Below are positions 30,759-41,738 of a stretch of 64,000 nucleotides of DNA, in pieces. A program made the translations under genes and the position numbers. This DNA comes from Gemmatimonadales bacterium (GTDB taxonomy: Bacteria; Gemmatimonadota; Gemmatimonadetes; Gemmatimonadales; GWC2-71-9), in contig OZ252244.1 in assembly GCA_965249575.1 (NCBI GenBank), positions 96,001 through 160,000 of the forward strand, in the 5' to 3' direction. The notes under the pieces are model-generated. The model had not been told where the DNA came from. It worked only from the letters and a program-made list of their open reading frames with translations, and did no database searches. Each line of letters begins with the position of its first letter. The stretch's first letter is position 1.

Positions 30759-31538
30759 TCACCACGTGAGATCCAGATGCGCAGCCGCGATCCGCAATCC
30801 TGTGAGGGTCAGATGCGGTTCCACCCCCTCGATCTCCTGACTGAGTGGTGCAATCAGGTGGGCAAAGCCCCCGGTCGCCACGACGTGCGGGTCGGATTCA
30901 GTAGGCCATTCGCTTTTGATCCGCCGAACGATGCCATCGGTGGCATCGGCGGCACCGTACAGGACGCCGGATCGGATGCAGTCCTCGGTCCTGCGCCCGA
31001 TTACGTGCACCGGGGCGGTTAGTTCGGTCGCAGGCAATTTGGCGGCGCGCCGAATGAGCATCTCGGCCCCGGTGACGATCCCGGGCGCGATGACCCCCCC
31101 CAAGAACCTCGAGTCGGCGGTGATGCAATCAAAGGTCGTGGCCGTTCCAAAATCGACCACGATCGTGTCCCTGCGATACAACGTCGCGGCGGCTAGCGTG
31201 TTGACCACGCGATCCGCTCCAACCGTCAAAGGTTCTTCGACGGCGAGTGACAGGGGAAGCTCGGACTCCGGACCAACACGCACAGGCACCACACCCGCCG
31301 CCCCGCCAATCCCGTCCGCCAGGCTGTCCGTCGTCGCAGGGGCCACCGATGCGAGTACCGCAGCACGCACCGCTCGGATCTCGAGACCGGCCTGGGACAG
31401 CAACGTCGTGACCGTCGCAGCCCACTCGTCCGGCGTGCGCGATGCGACAGCCATGAGCCGCCAATGGGCGGCGAGCCCGTCGCCTTTGAACACGCCGATG
31501 GTGATTTCCGTGTTTCCCACGTCCACCGTCAGGAGCAT
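30759..31538 (-). CDS. coaX: Type III pantothenate kinase
   Basis: DVGNT, VGADR, VVDFGTATT, VVATGG. Confidence 0.96.
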   Translation of the reverse strand: MLLTVDVGNTEITIGVFKGDGLAAHWRLMAVASRTPDEWAATVTTLLSQAGLEIRAVRAAVLASVAPATTDSLADGIGGAAGVVPVRVGPESELPLSLAVEEPLTVGADRVVNTLAAATLYRRDTIVVDFGTATTFDCITADSRFLGGVIAPGIVTGAEMLIRRAAKLPATELTAPVHVIGRRTEDCIRSGVLYGAADATDGIVRRIKSEWPTESDPHVVATGGFAHLIAPLSQEIEGVEPHLTLTGLRIAAAHLDLTW

Positions 31539-32272
31539 TGCACCGTCCCACCGAAGATCCGCTCGATACCCACTGCCGTGGTCACAAGGAGCGCACCGTC
31601 ACAGTCGATCCCCCGCACGGTCCCGACTGCCGGCTGCGCGATCTCACGGCCCGCGAGCCAGTCTGCCTTCTCGAACTGATCGAGCTCGGCTGCGCTAAGA
31701 GCCTTTCGAACCGAGATTCCGTGCAAGCGAGGCACCAGCTGTTCCAAGACATCGATGCGCCGTACGTCCGGGACCATGTCGCACAAGGCCACCGCCTGGT
31801 CGGCTACCTCGGACGGGAGGGGACCCACCATGTTGATGCCGATCCCCACCCCGATCCAGCGCAGCCGGTCCTCCATCCATCGGGCTTCGCACAGAATGCC
31901 AGCGACCTTGCGCCCGCCGATGAGCACGTCGTTGGGCCATTTCAGACCAACATCGACGACCGCGAACTCCCGCAGAACCCCCGCCAGTGCCAGGCCCACC
32001 CGCACCGACAGCACACCACCCTCGACGGCTTGAGCCGGCCGAACAAGGTATCCCAACCAGATGCCCCTCCCTGCCGGACTGTACCAGGTCCGCCCCTGGC
32101 GACCCCGGCCCGCCACCTGTTCGTCAGCAAGCACCAGCGTTCGTGGCGGCGCTCCTTCCGCCGCGAGCTCGTGGATGACGTCGAGTGTGCTCGTAACGCG
32201 TGCCACGGCCACGCAGCTTGGAGTGCGCAGTCGGGCCGCGAGATCCGGTGGGGCGATCCCGTCGTAGCTCAC
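31529..32272 (-). CDS. birA: Biotin--protein ligase lacking the N-terminal HTH
   Basis: QVAGRGRQGRTW, LKWPND, KVAGIL, GIGIN; GTGA overlap with the uppP stop. Confidence 0.93.
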   Translation of the reverse strand: MSYDGIAPPDLAARLRTPSCVAVARVTSTLDVIHELAAEGAPPRTLVLADEQVAGRGRQGRTWYSPAGRGIWLGYLVRPAQAVEGGVLSVRVGLALAGVLREFAVVDVGLKWPNDVLIGGRKVAGILCEARWMEDRLRWIGVGIGINMVGPLPSEVADQAVALCDMVPDVRRIDVLEQLVPRLHGISVRKALSAAELDQFEKADWLAGREIAQPAVGTVRGIDCDGALLVTTAVGIERIFGGTVQCS

Positions 32273-33057
32273 ACCCGGATGACGGACCATACGATCGTCG
32301 CCGCGCCCAGCAGCCAACAATACGGCGCAAACTGGTAAAACGCCTGCCGCCGTAACAGGAAGATGAGAAACCGGATCGCGAATATGCCGGACAGCAGCGA
32401 CGCGACGAACGAGACTGCCACCGCCTCCGTTGGAATGCCCGCTATCCCACCGGCGAGCTCGGGAATTTCCAGAATCGTGGCACCCGCGATGACCGGGATC
32501 GAGAGTAAGAAGGAGAACTCCGCAGCGTACACGGGCTCCAGCCCGGACCAGATGCCGGTCGATACCGTGGTCCCCGAGCGCGAGATCCCGGGGACGAGAG
32601 CGAGCGCCTGGGCGAATCCGATCGCCAGCGCCCGGCGGGCGTCGAGCGTGAGGTACCGCTCCCGCACCGGAATCGCCCGTGTGCTCCACAGGACAATCCC
32701 GGTCGTCAGGAACCCGATCCCCACTACGGTCAGCGAATCGAAGGCCTGTTCCACCAAACCAGTGAGCCACACACCCGCGACACCCGCTGGTATTGCAGCG
32801 AGGACGATCAGCCCGACATAACGGAGGGACGACGCACCCCCACTCAAAACGCCTCGCGTGAGCTCCCCGATACGCGCCCGATAAACGACGATCACCGCGA
32901 GGAGCGTAGCAGCATGCACGGTGACTTCCAGGGTGACGCCGGGAGTTCGTATCCCAATCCATGCCTCCGCGACTACCAGGTGACCGGAGCTCGAGACCGG
33001 CAAGAATTCGGTCAATCCCTGCACGACTCCCAGGACGAGCGCCTGCCACAGTGTCAC
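32269..33057 (-). CDS. uppP: Undecaprenyl-diphosphate phosphatase
   Basis: QGLTEFLPVSSSGH, PGISRSG, AAEFSFLLSIP. Confidence 0.96.
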   Translation of the reverse strand: MTLWQALVLGVVQGLTEFLPVSSSGHLVVAEAWIGIRTPGVTLEVTVHAATLLAVIVVYRARIGELTRGVLSGGASSLRYVGLIVLAAIPAGVAGVWLTGLVEQAFDSLTVVGIGFLTTGIVLWSTRAIPVRERYLTLDARRALAIGFAQALALVPGISRSGTTVSTGIWSGLEPVYAAEFSFLLSIPVIAGATILEIPELAGGIAGIPTEAVAVSFVASLLSGIFAIRFLIFLLRRQAFYQFAPYCWLLGAATIVWSVIRV

Positions 33058-34181
33058 TGGGAGAGAACTCGATCGTATAGATCCTCGTATCGAGGCACAA
33101 CCCGTTCGGCCGAAAAGATGCCGGCCCGTGCAACAGCGCACTCCCGAGCTCGCTGCAACACGCGAGGATCTCCTAGGAGCGCAATGGAGGCCTCAGCCAT
33201 CTCGTCCACGCTCCCCACGGTCGCGAGGGTACCGCTTTTTCCGTCGTCCACGACCTCAGGTAGGCCACCAATTCGACTTCCTACCACCGGTACCCCGCAC
33301 GCCATGGCCTCGAGCGCCGCCAACCCAAACGATTCCGTTTCGCTTGGAAGCAAGAATAGATCCGCCGACCGAAGGAGCTCCGCTACGGAATCGAGTTTCC
33401 CCAGGGACCGTACGTCCGCACGAACGCCCAATCGATCCGCTTCTGCTTCCGCGTCCGGGCGTTGTGGACCGTCTCCGATCAGGACGAGCACGGCCGGCAT
33501 GACCGCTCTGATCCTCGCGAACACGCGAACGACATCCGGGACCCGCTTGACCTCACGGAAATTGGAGACGTGCATGACCACTCTCGTCCCGGCCGGCGCG
33601 AACCTTCGTCGGTCCGACTCGTCGGCGGGAGGATGATACTCGCGTTGATTGACGAAGTTCGGGATTACTTCTATCCCGCACCCATCGCACCCGAACGCCC
33701 GGTACGTTTCATCCCGGAGATATTCCGACACCGCCGTGATCGCGTCGGACTGTTCGATCGAGAACTTGGTGATCGTGAAGAATGACTGCTCCTGGCCGAC
33801 CAGCGTGATATCCGTTCCGTGCAGTGTGGTCACAACCTTGAGAGCGTGCTCGGATCCCAGCATTTGCTTCGCCAGGAACGCCGTCGTCGCGTGTGGAATC
33901 GCGTAATGAACATGCATCACGTCGAGCCGCTCCGTTACCGCCACTTCGTGCTGTTTGGCGGCCAAGGCGAGCGAATAGGGAAAAAACTTGAATAGTGGAT
34001 ACGTCGCACTGACGTCGACTTCGTGGAACACGACCCGTTCAGCATAGCTGCTCAACCGAAATGGCGAGTCATAGGAGATGACGTGGACGTCGTGTCCCCG
34101 CCTCGCGAGCTCGAGTCCCAACTCGGTTGCCACCGCGCCCGAGCCTCCATAGGTCGGGTAGCACGTAATGCCAATACGCAT
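33054..34181 (-). CDS. bshA: N-acetyl-alpha-D-glucosaminyl L-malate synthase
   Basis: MRIGITCYPTYGGSGAVATELG, HVHYAIPHA, TTLHGTDITLVG, HVSNFR, ESFGLAALEAM. Confidence 0.93.
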   Translation of the reverse strand: MRIGITCYPTYGGSGAVATELGLELARRGHDVHVISYDSPFRLSSYAERVVFHEVDVSATYPLFKFFPYSLALAAKQHEVAVTERLDVMHVHYAIPHATTAFLAKQMLGSEHALKVVTTLHGTDITLVGQEQSFFTITKFSIEQSDAITAVSEYLRDETYRAFGCDGCGIEVIPNFVNQREYHPPADESDRRRFAPAGTRVVMHVSNFREVKRVPDVVRVFARIRAVMPAVLVLIGDGPQRPDAEAEADRLGVRADVRSLGKLDSVAELLRSADLFLLPSETESFGLAALEAMACGVPVVGSRIGGLPEVVDDGKSGTLATVGSVDEMAEASIALLGDPRVLQRARECAVARAGIFSAERVVPRYEDLYDRVLSQ

Positions 34182-35105
34182 CAATTCCCTCTCGCTTCCC
34201 ACAGGTCCACGATGCGGCGTGCGAGGACGCCGGGCGCCGCGGTCGCGTCGAGATTGACTACAGGATACCCAAGGAGCTGGTGCCGAAACCAGGTTTCCTG
34301 CCTCTTCGCATATCTCCGCGTACTGGCCGCGATGGCGTCGGCCAGTCTATCGGTGCCAAGCCGGCCCCCCAAGTGGGCAGCGACCTCCGCATACCCAACG
34401 GCGTCGAGTCCCGGAGCGTCCGACGCGAGGCCGCGCTCGAGCAGGCGCCGCGTCTCGGAGACCAATCCCGCGTCGAGCATGTACCGCACGCGGTCAGCAA
34501 TCCGGGCGTGCAGGAGTGCTCGGGGTACCGTGAGCCGGACGAACCAGGGTCTCATCACGCCGTCGACCCGAGCCTGGCGCTGCCACCATGATAGCGAGCG
34601 GCCCGTTAGCAACGCGATCTCGACGACGCGGGCCGCCCGCTGGCGCCCACCCGCCGTGTACCGCGGGTCGAGCCGCGCAGCCCACCGCCCCAGGTGCCCG
34701 GATGACGTGGCCCACTTCCGGATCCTTATGCGCCGCGCCGGCTCCATGGGCGGCTCGAGGAATAGCCCATCTGCTAGCGCCCGGACATAGAACCCGGTTC
34801 CCCCAACCACGACTGCCCGACGCTCTACTGGTATCTCCGTCAGCCACCTCGCGGCCTCGCGCGCGAACTGCCCGGCACTGTACCGCTCTCCCGGCTCGAT
34901 AAGATCAATGCCGAGGTGGGGGACAGCCTCCAGGTCGGCCGGACTGGGCTTGGCGGTGCCTACGTCGAGCCACTTGTAGATTTGCCGTGAGTCCGCCGAA
35001 ATGACGGTAATCGGCCAGAGACGCCCCAGCGCGACGGCGACCGCCGTCTTGCCGACCGCGGTTGGACCGACGATCACGGGGATTAGTGGTTTACGACCGC
35101 CCAAA
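34181..35105 (-). CDS. miaA: tRNA dimethylallyltransferase
   Basis: GPTAVGKT, ADSRQIY, GTAKP, GGTGFY, YAKRQETWF; start uncertain. Confidence 0.95.
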
Positions 35106-36815
35106 CCTGCGCTCCAGCTCGCCCCGGGGCAGCTGCACCATGCTCGGCCGGCCGTGCACGTCATGCGGTGGAAGCTCGCAGGCCATCAAGCGCACCATCA
35201 GCTCACGGATCTCGTCACGGGCCAGCTTTTGGCCCGCCTTGATCGCGGCACGACAGGCAAAGGTCGCGGCGAAACGTTCCATCCGATTCGCGAGTGCGCC
35301 GAATCGACCGCCGGTGAGGTCGGCCACCATTTCTTCGAAGCAGCGCCGAGCATCGAACTGAGGGTGCGGATTGGGCACCGCGTGCAGCGCAACGGATCGT
35401 CCGCCGAATCCCTCCACCTCGTACCCGACCCGCAGGATCAAATCTCGGTGCGTTTCCAGCGCCTCGGCTTCTTCAGGTGCCATGTCGACGACAATCGGTA
35501 ATAGCAGGCGCTGAGCGGCAGCCCCCTGCCCGGTGAGTTGTCCCATGATCTGCTCGAACAACACCCGCTCGTGAGCCGAATGTTGGTCAACAATGGCAAT
35601 GCCATCGGAGGTTTCGAAGAAAACGTACGTATCGAATGCCTGCAGATACGCGGTATGCTCCGGAACGCCAAGTCGGAGGTCCGCTCCGTGCTCGGCGAAT
35701 GGAAAGCTGAGCGCCATACCGGCAGGAGCGTCGACGGACCCGCTTGGAGGAGACCCATCGGAATGGGCCACCGACACCGGCCAGGCGCCGACCACCGCGG
35801 CCGCGTCGATCGGCCGCAGCGCATCTCGGACGGCCCGCTCCACGGCCTGTTCCACAAGGTAGCGATCACGAAATCGCACCTCGAGCTTCGCAGGATGGAC
35901 GTTCACGTCCACGCCATCGCCCGGCACGGAAAGCGTGAGGAACATCGTTGGCCGGCACCCGGGGCTGATGGTGGCTCGGTAGCCCGCCTCCGCCGCCCGA
36001 ATCAGGAACGGGTCGCGAAACGGTCGGCCGTTGACGTAGAGGAAGGCCTTTCGTCCACTGGGTCGCGCGTCGGCCGGCCGCTGGATGAAGCCGCGAACAC
36101 TCACCGGTCCCGTAGAGCCCTCGACTGGCACGAGCTGCTCCGCCGTTCGACGGCCGAATAGCGATGCGATGCGCTCCGCGACCACCGATACCGAAGGCGC
36201 ATCGAGCAGGGTGCGGCCGTCGCTCGTTACGGTAAACGAAACATCCAGGCGCGCCAAGGCGAGGGTGGTGACCACTTGCGTGATCGCGCGGGTCTCGCTC
36301 CTCGGCGACCGAAGAAACTTGCGCCTCGCGGGGACGTTGAAGAACAACCCCTGCACTGTCACGCTCGTACCCGGCTGGTGGGCCGTCGGTTCGACGCCCT
36401 CCAGTCGTCCCCCCGAAACCACGACACGCGTCGAGGAGCCGGAATCCGCGGCGCTCGATTCCCTGGATCGCTCCGCGGTCTCCAGCTCCAGACGCGAGAC
36501 TGACGCGATGGCCGGAAGCGCTTCGCCACGAAACCCGTAGCTGGGAACGCCCACCAGATCCGCGGCCGTCCTGATCTTGCTGGTGGCGTGCCGCTCGACC
36601 GCGAGAACCGCATCGTCCTGGTGCATCCCGCATCCGTCGTCCACCACTCGAATGAGCGTGCGGCCGCCCGCCTCGCATTCGACGGAGATCCGAGTCGCAC
36701 CCGAATCAAGCGCGTTTTCAACGAGCTCCTTCACGACGGACGCGGGTCGCTCGACCACTTCGCCAGCGGCAATTTGGTCTGCGACCCCATCCGCGAGGAT
36801 CTCGATCTTTCCCAC
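35091..36815 (-). CDS. mutL: DNA mismatch repair protein MutL
   Basis: IAAGEVVERPASVVKELVEN, GFRGEAL, DVNVHPAK, endonuclease DQHSAHER, ACR, HGRP. Confidence 0.97.
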   Translation of the reverse strand: MGKIEILADGVADQIAAGEVVERPASVVKELVENALDSGATRISVECEAGGRTLIRVVDDGCGMHQDDAVLAVERHATSKIRTAADLVGVPSYGFRGEALPAIASVSRLELETAERSRESSAADSGSSTRVVVSGGRLEGVEPTAHQPGTSVTVQGLFFNVPARRKFLRSPRSETRAITQVVTTLALARLDVSFTVTSDGRTLLDAPSVSVVAERIASLFGRRTAEQLVPVEGSTGPVSVRGFIQRPADARPSGRKAFLYVNGRPFRDPFLIRAAEAGYRATISPGCRPTMFLTLSVPGDGVDVNVHPAKLEVRFRDRYLVEQAVERAVRDALRPIDAAAVVGAWPVSVAHSDGSPPSGSVDAPAGMALSFPFAEHGADLRLGVPEHTAYLQAFDTYVFFETSDGIAIVDQHSAHERVLFEQIMGQLTGQGAAAQRLLLPIVVDMAPEEAEALETHRDLILRVGYEVEGFGGRSVALHAVPNPHPQFDARRCFEEMVADLTGGRFGALANRMERFAATFACRAAIKAGQKLARDEIRELMVRLMACELPPHDVHGRPSMVQLPRGELERRFGRS

Positions 36816-39148
36816 TATAGGGGCTCGACCTCGCGGACCAGCAACCATCCCTGCACTTCGCCCCGCGTGGCGAGCACCCAGCCACCCTCTTCACGGCTCA
36901 CCTCTACCGCCACACCTGCTTCCAACGAAAGGCGGGGCCGCGCGCTTCCATACGGAGCTACGCGTAACGGGGTGTCCGCTGCCCGCATCAGGGCGACCGG
37001 CCCGGCGTAGTGGGCCTCCGTAGTCCATGCAGCCGCGGCGAAGGCGATCGCCAGGCCAAATGAGACAACCGCGAGTTTCCGGCCCGCCCGTAGCGTGAGA
37101 AGACTCCACCCGACCCCCCAGCTCACGAGCGCGATGAGCAGCATCTCAGCCGGCGTGAGGGGCGCAACCCGCAGGAGGCGTGCGGTTGCCCGGTCCGGCG
37201 GCGGCAAGAGCCGCAGCGCCTGAGAGATCGCGGTGTACCGGGGCGCCAGGCGCGCGGCCCGGATCCAAGACGCCTTCGCGCGGGTATCGTCGCGCAGCCG
37301 ATAGTAGGCGCTCCCGAGGTTGTACCAGTCTCGAGCACTTTCGGGATGGGCCGCCACTCGGGCCGCGAAGCTATCCGCGGCCGCGCGGAACGCTCCCCGC
37401 TCGAAGAGATCCTCAGCCGTCAGGCGCTGAGCCTGGAGCGTGGTCGTCAGCGAGCCGAGGGCGACCGCCGCCACGAGCAGCACGACGCCCCCCAACCGGG
37501 ATGCCCCGGAACCAACTTTTTCGCCCCGCAACGCCTCGAGTGTGGATCTGACCTCGGCCGCCAGCTCGTCGGGATCGCTCGCACCGTCGGGACCGTAGAC
37601 CGCGTGACGCAACCGATCGCGAACCCGCGCGGCGTGCTCCGCCACCGCGGTTTCGACGCCCGCCGCGCGCAGCGCATTGGCCAGGCCGTCACCCTCCCCA
37701 AGGTCGTCCCCCGACACGAGGTGACGCACGGCTTCACGGAAGTCGCGTTCGAGCCGTTGGAGCGGCGACACCTCACCCCTGTCGTACGTGGGCGTGTGGG
37801 GCCTGAGCGCAAGGACGAACCGGTGGCAACCGAAAACGAGGGGCGGTAGTAGTGCCAAGGCGATGACGGCCCACAAGGGAATACTGGGTACGCCGAACAT
37901 CAGCGGCTGGTGCCGTGAGGAGAGTGGGGGCGGCGCGGCCCGAGCCATCGCCCCCTGGCCCGCGCGGGCCACGATCTCGACGGGGCCGGCCCGTCGTTGA
38001 ATGTATCGCCTGTCGTTCACATCGTAGTAAGTCACAGACGGTGCCGGGATCACGTGAGCCCCGATCGAGTCCGGCAACACGAGGTACCGGAACCTCTTCG
38101 TGCCGGCGACCCAACCCTCGGACCGCTCGAGGTCGACCTCCGGGTCCAGCGGGTACACTCGCACAGCGGGCGGCCAGTCCAGATCGGGTTCCGGCCAGAG
38201 CGCCACATTGCCCTGGCCCGCGAGCACCGCCGTCACGGTCGCTGCCTCACCCACGGCAACGTCGCGAGGCTCTGCGACCAAGGAAAAGCGCAGCGCGCCC
38301 GCGGCGGGCCCGGTGAAGCCGGCTGGTCTCCCCGCGCGTGGCTGGTTCATGACCGTCACCGTCAGAGACTCGCTCTGGACCACGTGTCGGAGCTCTCGCG
38401 TCAGGAACGAAAACGTCACTGGCAGGTCGTACGCGACGCTCGCCGGCCCAACGTTCATCGATCCGGGGAGCAATGGAAACGCCACCACGTGCGCCACGAA
38501 GAGATCGTACCACTCCCTGTCGACCCGGCGGCTCGCGGCGATGCCCGGCGGGGTGTACTGGCGGTAGAGCCACGCACCTTCGAGCGGAGGCGAGGACAGG
38601 GTCGGTGGCATCCGCAGCCGTCTGCGGATCGCACGGGGGAACCAGGCGGCGACGATGACGTCCAGCTGTTCACCGAGCACCACCGACTCGGGCATTGTAA
38701 CGACTCCAACCGTCACGTCTTCCTCTCCTCGAGGCGGTGCCGACCGCTCAAGGACCGCCCGCACTCTGGGCTCCAATCGAGAGGAGCTCACGGAACTCAC
38801 CGGCAGAACCCTGATCGTCAGTGGATCGGTATCGACCGTTTCCGACCCCTGCCGAACCCGGATCGACCCGACCACGGCCGCACCTGGTTCCGTCGCTGCG
38901 AGCTGCAGGGTACGCGTCGTGACCCGCATCGGAACGCCGTCCCGAACGGACACCCGAGATTCCTCGCGGGTGCCGCGCACTTCGAGTGCTGACAAAACAG
39001 GACTACCGATGCTCACAGGTTGGCTTGCGGCGGACTCCACCCTAATCGTCAGCGAGATGACATCCCCGACCATCGGGTCCGTCCGGTCGATGGAGGCGGT
39101 CCCCTGGAGCTGCTGCACCATGATTAGGACGGCGAAGCTGAAGGTCAC
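36815..39148 (-). CDS. BatD-like protein with C-terminal TPR/TM/SH3 (BatE-like) region
   Basis: Ig-like beta-rich repeats, GFTG, GQGNV; WYNLGSAYY..RAARLAP TPR; SH3b-like end. Confidence 0.8.
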   Translation of the reverse strand: MTFSFAVLIMVQQLQGTASIDRTDPMVGDVISLTIRVESAASQPVSIGSPVLSALEVRGTREESRVSVRDGVPMRVTTRTLQLAATEPGAAVVGSIRVRQGSETVDTDPLTIRVLPVSSVSSSRLEPRVRAVLERSAPPRGEEDVTVGVVTMPESVVLGEQLDVIVAAWFPRAIRRRLRMPPTLSSPPLEGAWLYRQYTPPGIAASRRVDREWYDLFVAHVVAFPLLPGSMNVGPASVAYDLPVTFSFLTRELRHVVQSESLTVTVMNQPRAGRPAGFTGPAAGALRFSLVAEPRDVAVGEAATVTAVLAGQGNVALWPEPDLDWPPAVRVYPLDPEVDLERSEGWVAGTKRFRYLVLPDSIGAHVIPAPSVTYYDVNDRRYIQRRAGPVEIVARAGQGAMARAAPPPLSSRHQPLMFGVPSIPLWAVIALALLPPLVFGCHRFVLALRPHTPTYDRGEVSPLQRLERDFREAVRHLVSGDDLGEGDGLANALRAAGVETAVAEHAARVRDRLRHAVYGPDGASDPDELAAEVRSTLEALRGEKVGSGASRLGGVVLLVAAVALGSLTTTLQAQRLTAEDLFERGAFRAAADSFAARVAAHPESARDWYNLGSAYYRLRDDTRAKASWIRAARLAPRYTAISQALRLLPPPDRATARLLRVAPLTPAEMLLIALVSWGVGWSLLTLRAGRKLAVVSFGLAIAFAAAAWTTEAHYAGPVALMRAADTPLRVAPYGSARPRLSLEAGVAVEVSREEGGWVLATRGEVQGWLLVREVEPL

Positions 39149-40764
39149 CAGTCCGGCTCCTGTGGGTTTCCGGAGGACTGGTTGCGGCGCTGCTGAACCG
39201 CATGGCGGGTGCGTCGCTCCTCCTCCGCTATGGAGTTGAGGATCTGCTCGGCTTGGGCAAGCGACAGGCCAGCCGTGGGGCTCTGCGGTTCGCCGCTTCC
39301 ACCGGTGGTCGGCGCCTGCTGCTGAGGAGCCTGGCCCCCACCACCGGATGGCGGCGCGCGCTCTACCGCGAGCTCCAGATTCCATTTTGCCGCGGCGTCA
39401 CCGGGTTCGAGCAGCAACGCCTCCCGATAGTACCGCCGGGCGCGCGCTAGATGCGTGCTGCGGTGCGCGGTATCCGCGTCCGCCATGCGCAGGCGCAGCA
39501 ACCCGAGGTTGTACAGCGCTCGAAACCGGATGCCCGGCTCGAGTGACTCAGCGGCGCGCCCCAGCGCCTCAGCGGCCAGCGCCGTGTCGCCGCGAGCGAA
39601 TCCAGCCGTCCCCGTGTTCAGCAAGGTCGTGTCTCCGCCCTCACCGGCGCGCACTTGCTCAAGGTACAGGGCCGCCGCACGATCGAAATCACCGTCCGCC
39701 CACGCAGCGTCCGCTTGGTTTCGTGGACCCTGTGCGTTAAGCCGTGGCACCGCGGCAAACCCGAGCAGCATCACTGCCAGCGCGGCGGTCCGCCGCGTCA
39801 ACGTGTGTGCGAGAAGTACCAATACCGCCGTGAGCGACAGCAACCACGCCCGCGAAACTCCCGTCGAGGTCGTTGCGGTGGCGTGAGGTGCCCGCTTGTA
39901 AGCAGTCACGAGATCACGAACGGCCCCGGCCTGATCACTCAGCTCCCCGGACACCAAGACACCTTGAGCCGCATCCGCTACAGCCATCAGCACATCATCC
40001 CGCCGACGAGTCTCGACGATGTTCCCCGAGGCGTCGCGGTGGTATGAATCTCCCCCATCCGCTCCGCGGCTCGGGATCCGCATCGGCTCCCGCCTTCCCT
40101 CGGCTACCAGAATCAGTCGTACGCCATCGCGTCGGAGTCGCTCCGCCGGACCCAGAGCTGCCTCGAGCGAATCGTGGCTTTCGCCGTCCGTGAACAGCAC
40201 TAACACTCGGTCGGCAACATCGTCGCCTCCCAAGAGAAGCTCCCTGCCCTGCCGGAGGGCGCGGGCGAGCGAGGTCCCACCGGCGCTCACGATGCCAGGA
40301 TCCAGAGCATCGACCAGCGATTCGAGCGCTCCCCCGTCGATGGTCAGCGGCGAAAGGATATAACTCCGCCCCGCGAACGCCAGGAGCCCGATGCGGTCGT
40401 TCGCATGGTCGTGAATGAGACGACGTGCCTCTCGCTGCGCCTTTCCAAGTCTCGACGGAGACACATCTTCAGCAAGCATCGACCGAGAGACGTCCACCGC
40501 AATAACCATGTTGAGGCCCTTCGTCTCGGCCGTAACCGTGCGACTGCCCCACCGGGGACCTGCGAGTGCCGCCGTCGCCGAGAGCGCAGCAACGCTCAAC
40601 CCGACCCATCCGTGGGTGCCCAAGCGACGGGCGGAGGCAGACAGGTCGTCGGACCATCGGGCCGCATGCACCACCCGCTCTCGGCGGGCCCACAGCGCGA
40701 GTATCCCGATGAGTAATGCCACGATCGGCGCCGCCGCGAGGAGAATCGGGGCGTCGAGTCGCAT
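39145..40764 (-). CDS. VWA (BatB-like) + TPR (BatC-like) fusion
   Basis: GPRWG, MIDAS DVSRSM, FTDGE; ALYNLG...AKWNLELA. Confidence 0.88.
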   Translation of the reverse strand: MRLDAPILLAAAPIVALLIGILALWARRERVVHAARWSDDLSASARRLGTHGWVGLSVAALSATAALAGPRWGSRTVTAETKGLNMVIAVDVSRSMLAEDVSPSRLGKAQREARRLIHDHANDRIGLLAFAGRSYILSPLTIDGGALESLVDALDPGIVSAGGTSLARALRQGRELLLGGDDVADRVLVLFTDGESHDSLEAALGPAERLRRDGVRLILVAEGRREPMRIPSRGADGGDSYHRDASGNIVETRRRDDVLMAVADAAQGVLVSGELSDQAGAVRDLVTAYKRAPHATATTSTGVSRAWLLSLTAVLVLLAHTLTRRTAALAVMLLGFAAVPRLNAQGPRNQADAAWADGDFDRAAALYLEQVRAGEGGDTTLLNTGTAGFARGDTALAAEALGRAAESLEPGIRFRALYNLGLLRLRMADADTAHRSTHLARARRYYREALLLEPGDAAAKWNLELAVERAPPSGGGGQAPQQQAPTTGGSGEPQSPTAGLSLAQAEQILNSIAEEERRTRHAVQQRRNQSSGNPQEPDW

Positions 40765-41738
40765 CAGGGAATCCTCACGACGGCCGTGGACGCGATGACC
40801 AGCTCGAGCCCGAGCACGGCGAGTCCCAGCAAAACAAGAAACCGATAGGCCTCGTTCGCGTCGGTATAGCGAACGACCTGAACCGGTGTCGTTTCTAACT
40901 TGTCGATTTGTTGAAAAATCCGGCTCAGCGCTTCGCCGTCGGTCGCCCTGAAGTAGCGTCCACCAGTCGTAGATGCCACGTCACCGAGGAGTGCTTCATC
41001 GATAGGAACCGGCATCGTCTGATAGCGAAGCTGCCCATCGATGCTCCGGCCAATCGGGAGCCGCGCCTCCCCCTCTGTGCCCACGCCGATCGTGTAAATC
41101 CTGAACCCGAGCTTCGCCGCGGCAGCGGCGGCCGTCCGTGGGTCGACTCGGCCTCGATTGCTTTCCCCGTCGGTAAGGAGGACGATCACCTTGCTCTCGC
41201 CAGGAGCTCGACGCAGCCGGTTCGCGGCCGTCGCAATCGCCGTACCGATGGCGGTCCCATCTTCGAGCTCACCGACCCTCACATCGCGAATCGCCTGTTC
41301 GAGCACCGCGTAGTCAACGGTGATCGGGACCCGGGTCAACGCCTCGGCCGCGAAGGTCACCAGACCGATACGATCGAACTTTCGGCCCGCCACGAAGGCA
41401 ACGGACTGTTCCTTCGCCACGTCCAGTCGGTTCGACGGCGCGAAGTCTTCCGCCAACATGCTACTCGACACATCGACCGCGAGCACGATCGCGATCCCGT
41501 CGCTCGTGACTTCGGTCGCACCTCCGTCGAGCCGCAAGCCGGCCGCGGCCACAATCCAAGCCCCAAGCGTGACGGAGCGGAGCCCGGCCGGAAGTTCCGC
41601 AATCCACCGCCGGAACCCCGTGGTCGGAGCCAGCTGGCGGATGTCACTGTACCGCGCGGCCGGATGCGGGCGGGATCGCAGCCACCACCACACCGGGAGT
41701 GCAAGCAGCAGCAGCAGAAGAAAGGGTCGAGCGAACAT
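40764..41738 (-). CDS. VWA domain protein, BatA-like
   Basis: DVSSSMLAEDF..NRL, DGTAIG, LLTDGESNRG, GGRYFRA. Confidence 0.92.
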   Translation of the reverse strand: MFARPFLLLLLLALPVWWWLRSRPHPAARYSDIRQLAPTTGFRRWIAELPAGLRSVTLGAWIVAAAGLRLDGGATEVTSDGIAIVLAVDVSSSMLAEDFAPSNRLDVAKEQSVAFVAGRKFDRIGLVTFAAEALTRVPITVDYAVLEQAIRDVRVGELEDGTAIGTAIATAANRLRRAPGESKVIVLLTDGESNRGRVDPRTAAAAAAKLGFRIYTIGVGTEGEARLPIGRSIDGQLRYQTMPVPIDEALLGDVASTTGGRYFRATDGEALSRIFQQIDKLETTPVQVVRYTDANEAYRFLVLLGLAVLGLELVIASTAVVRIP

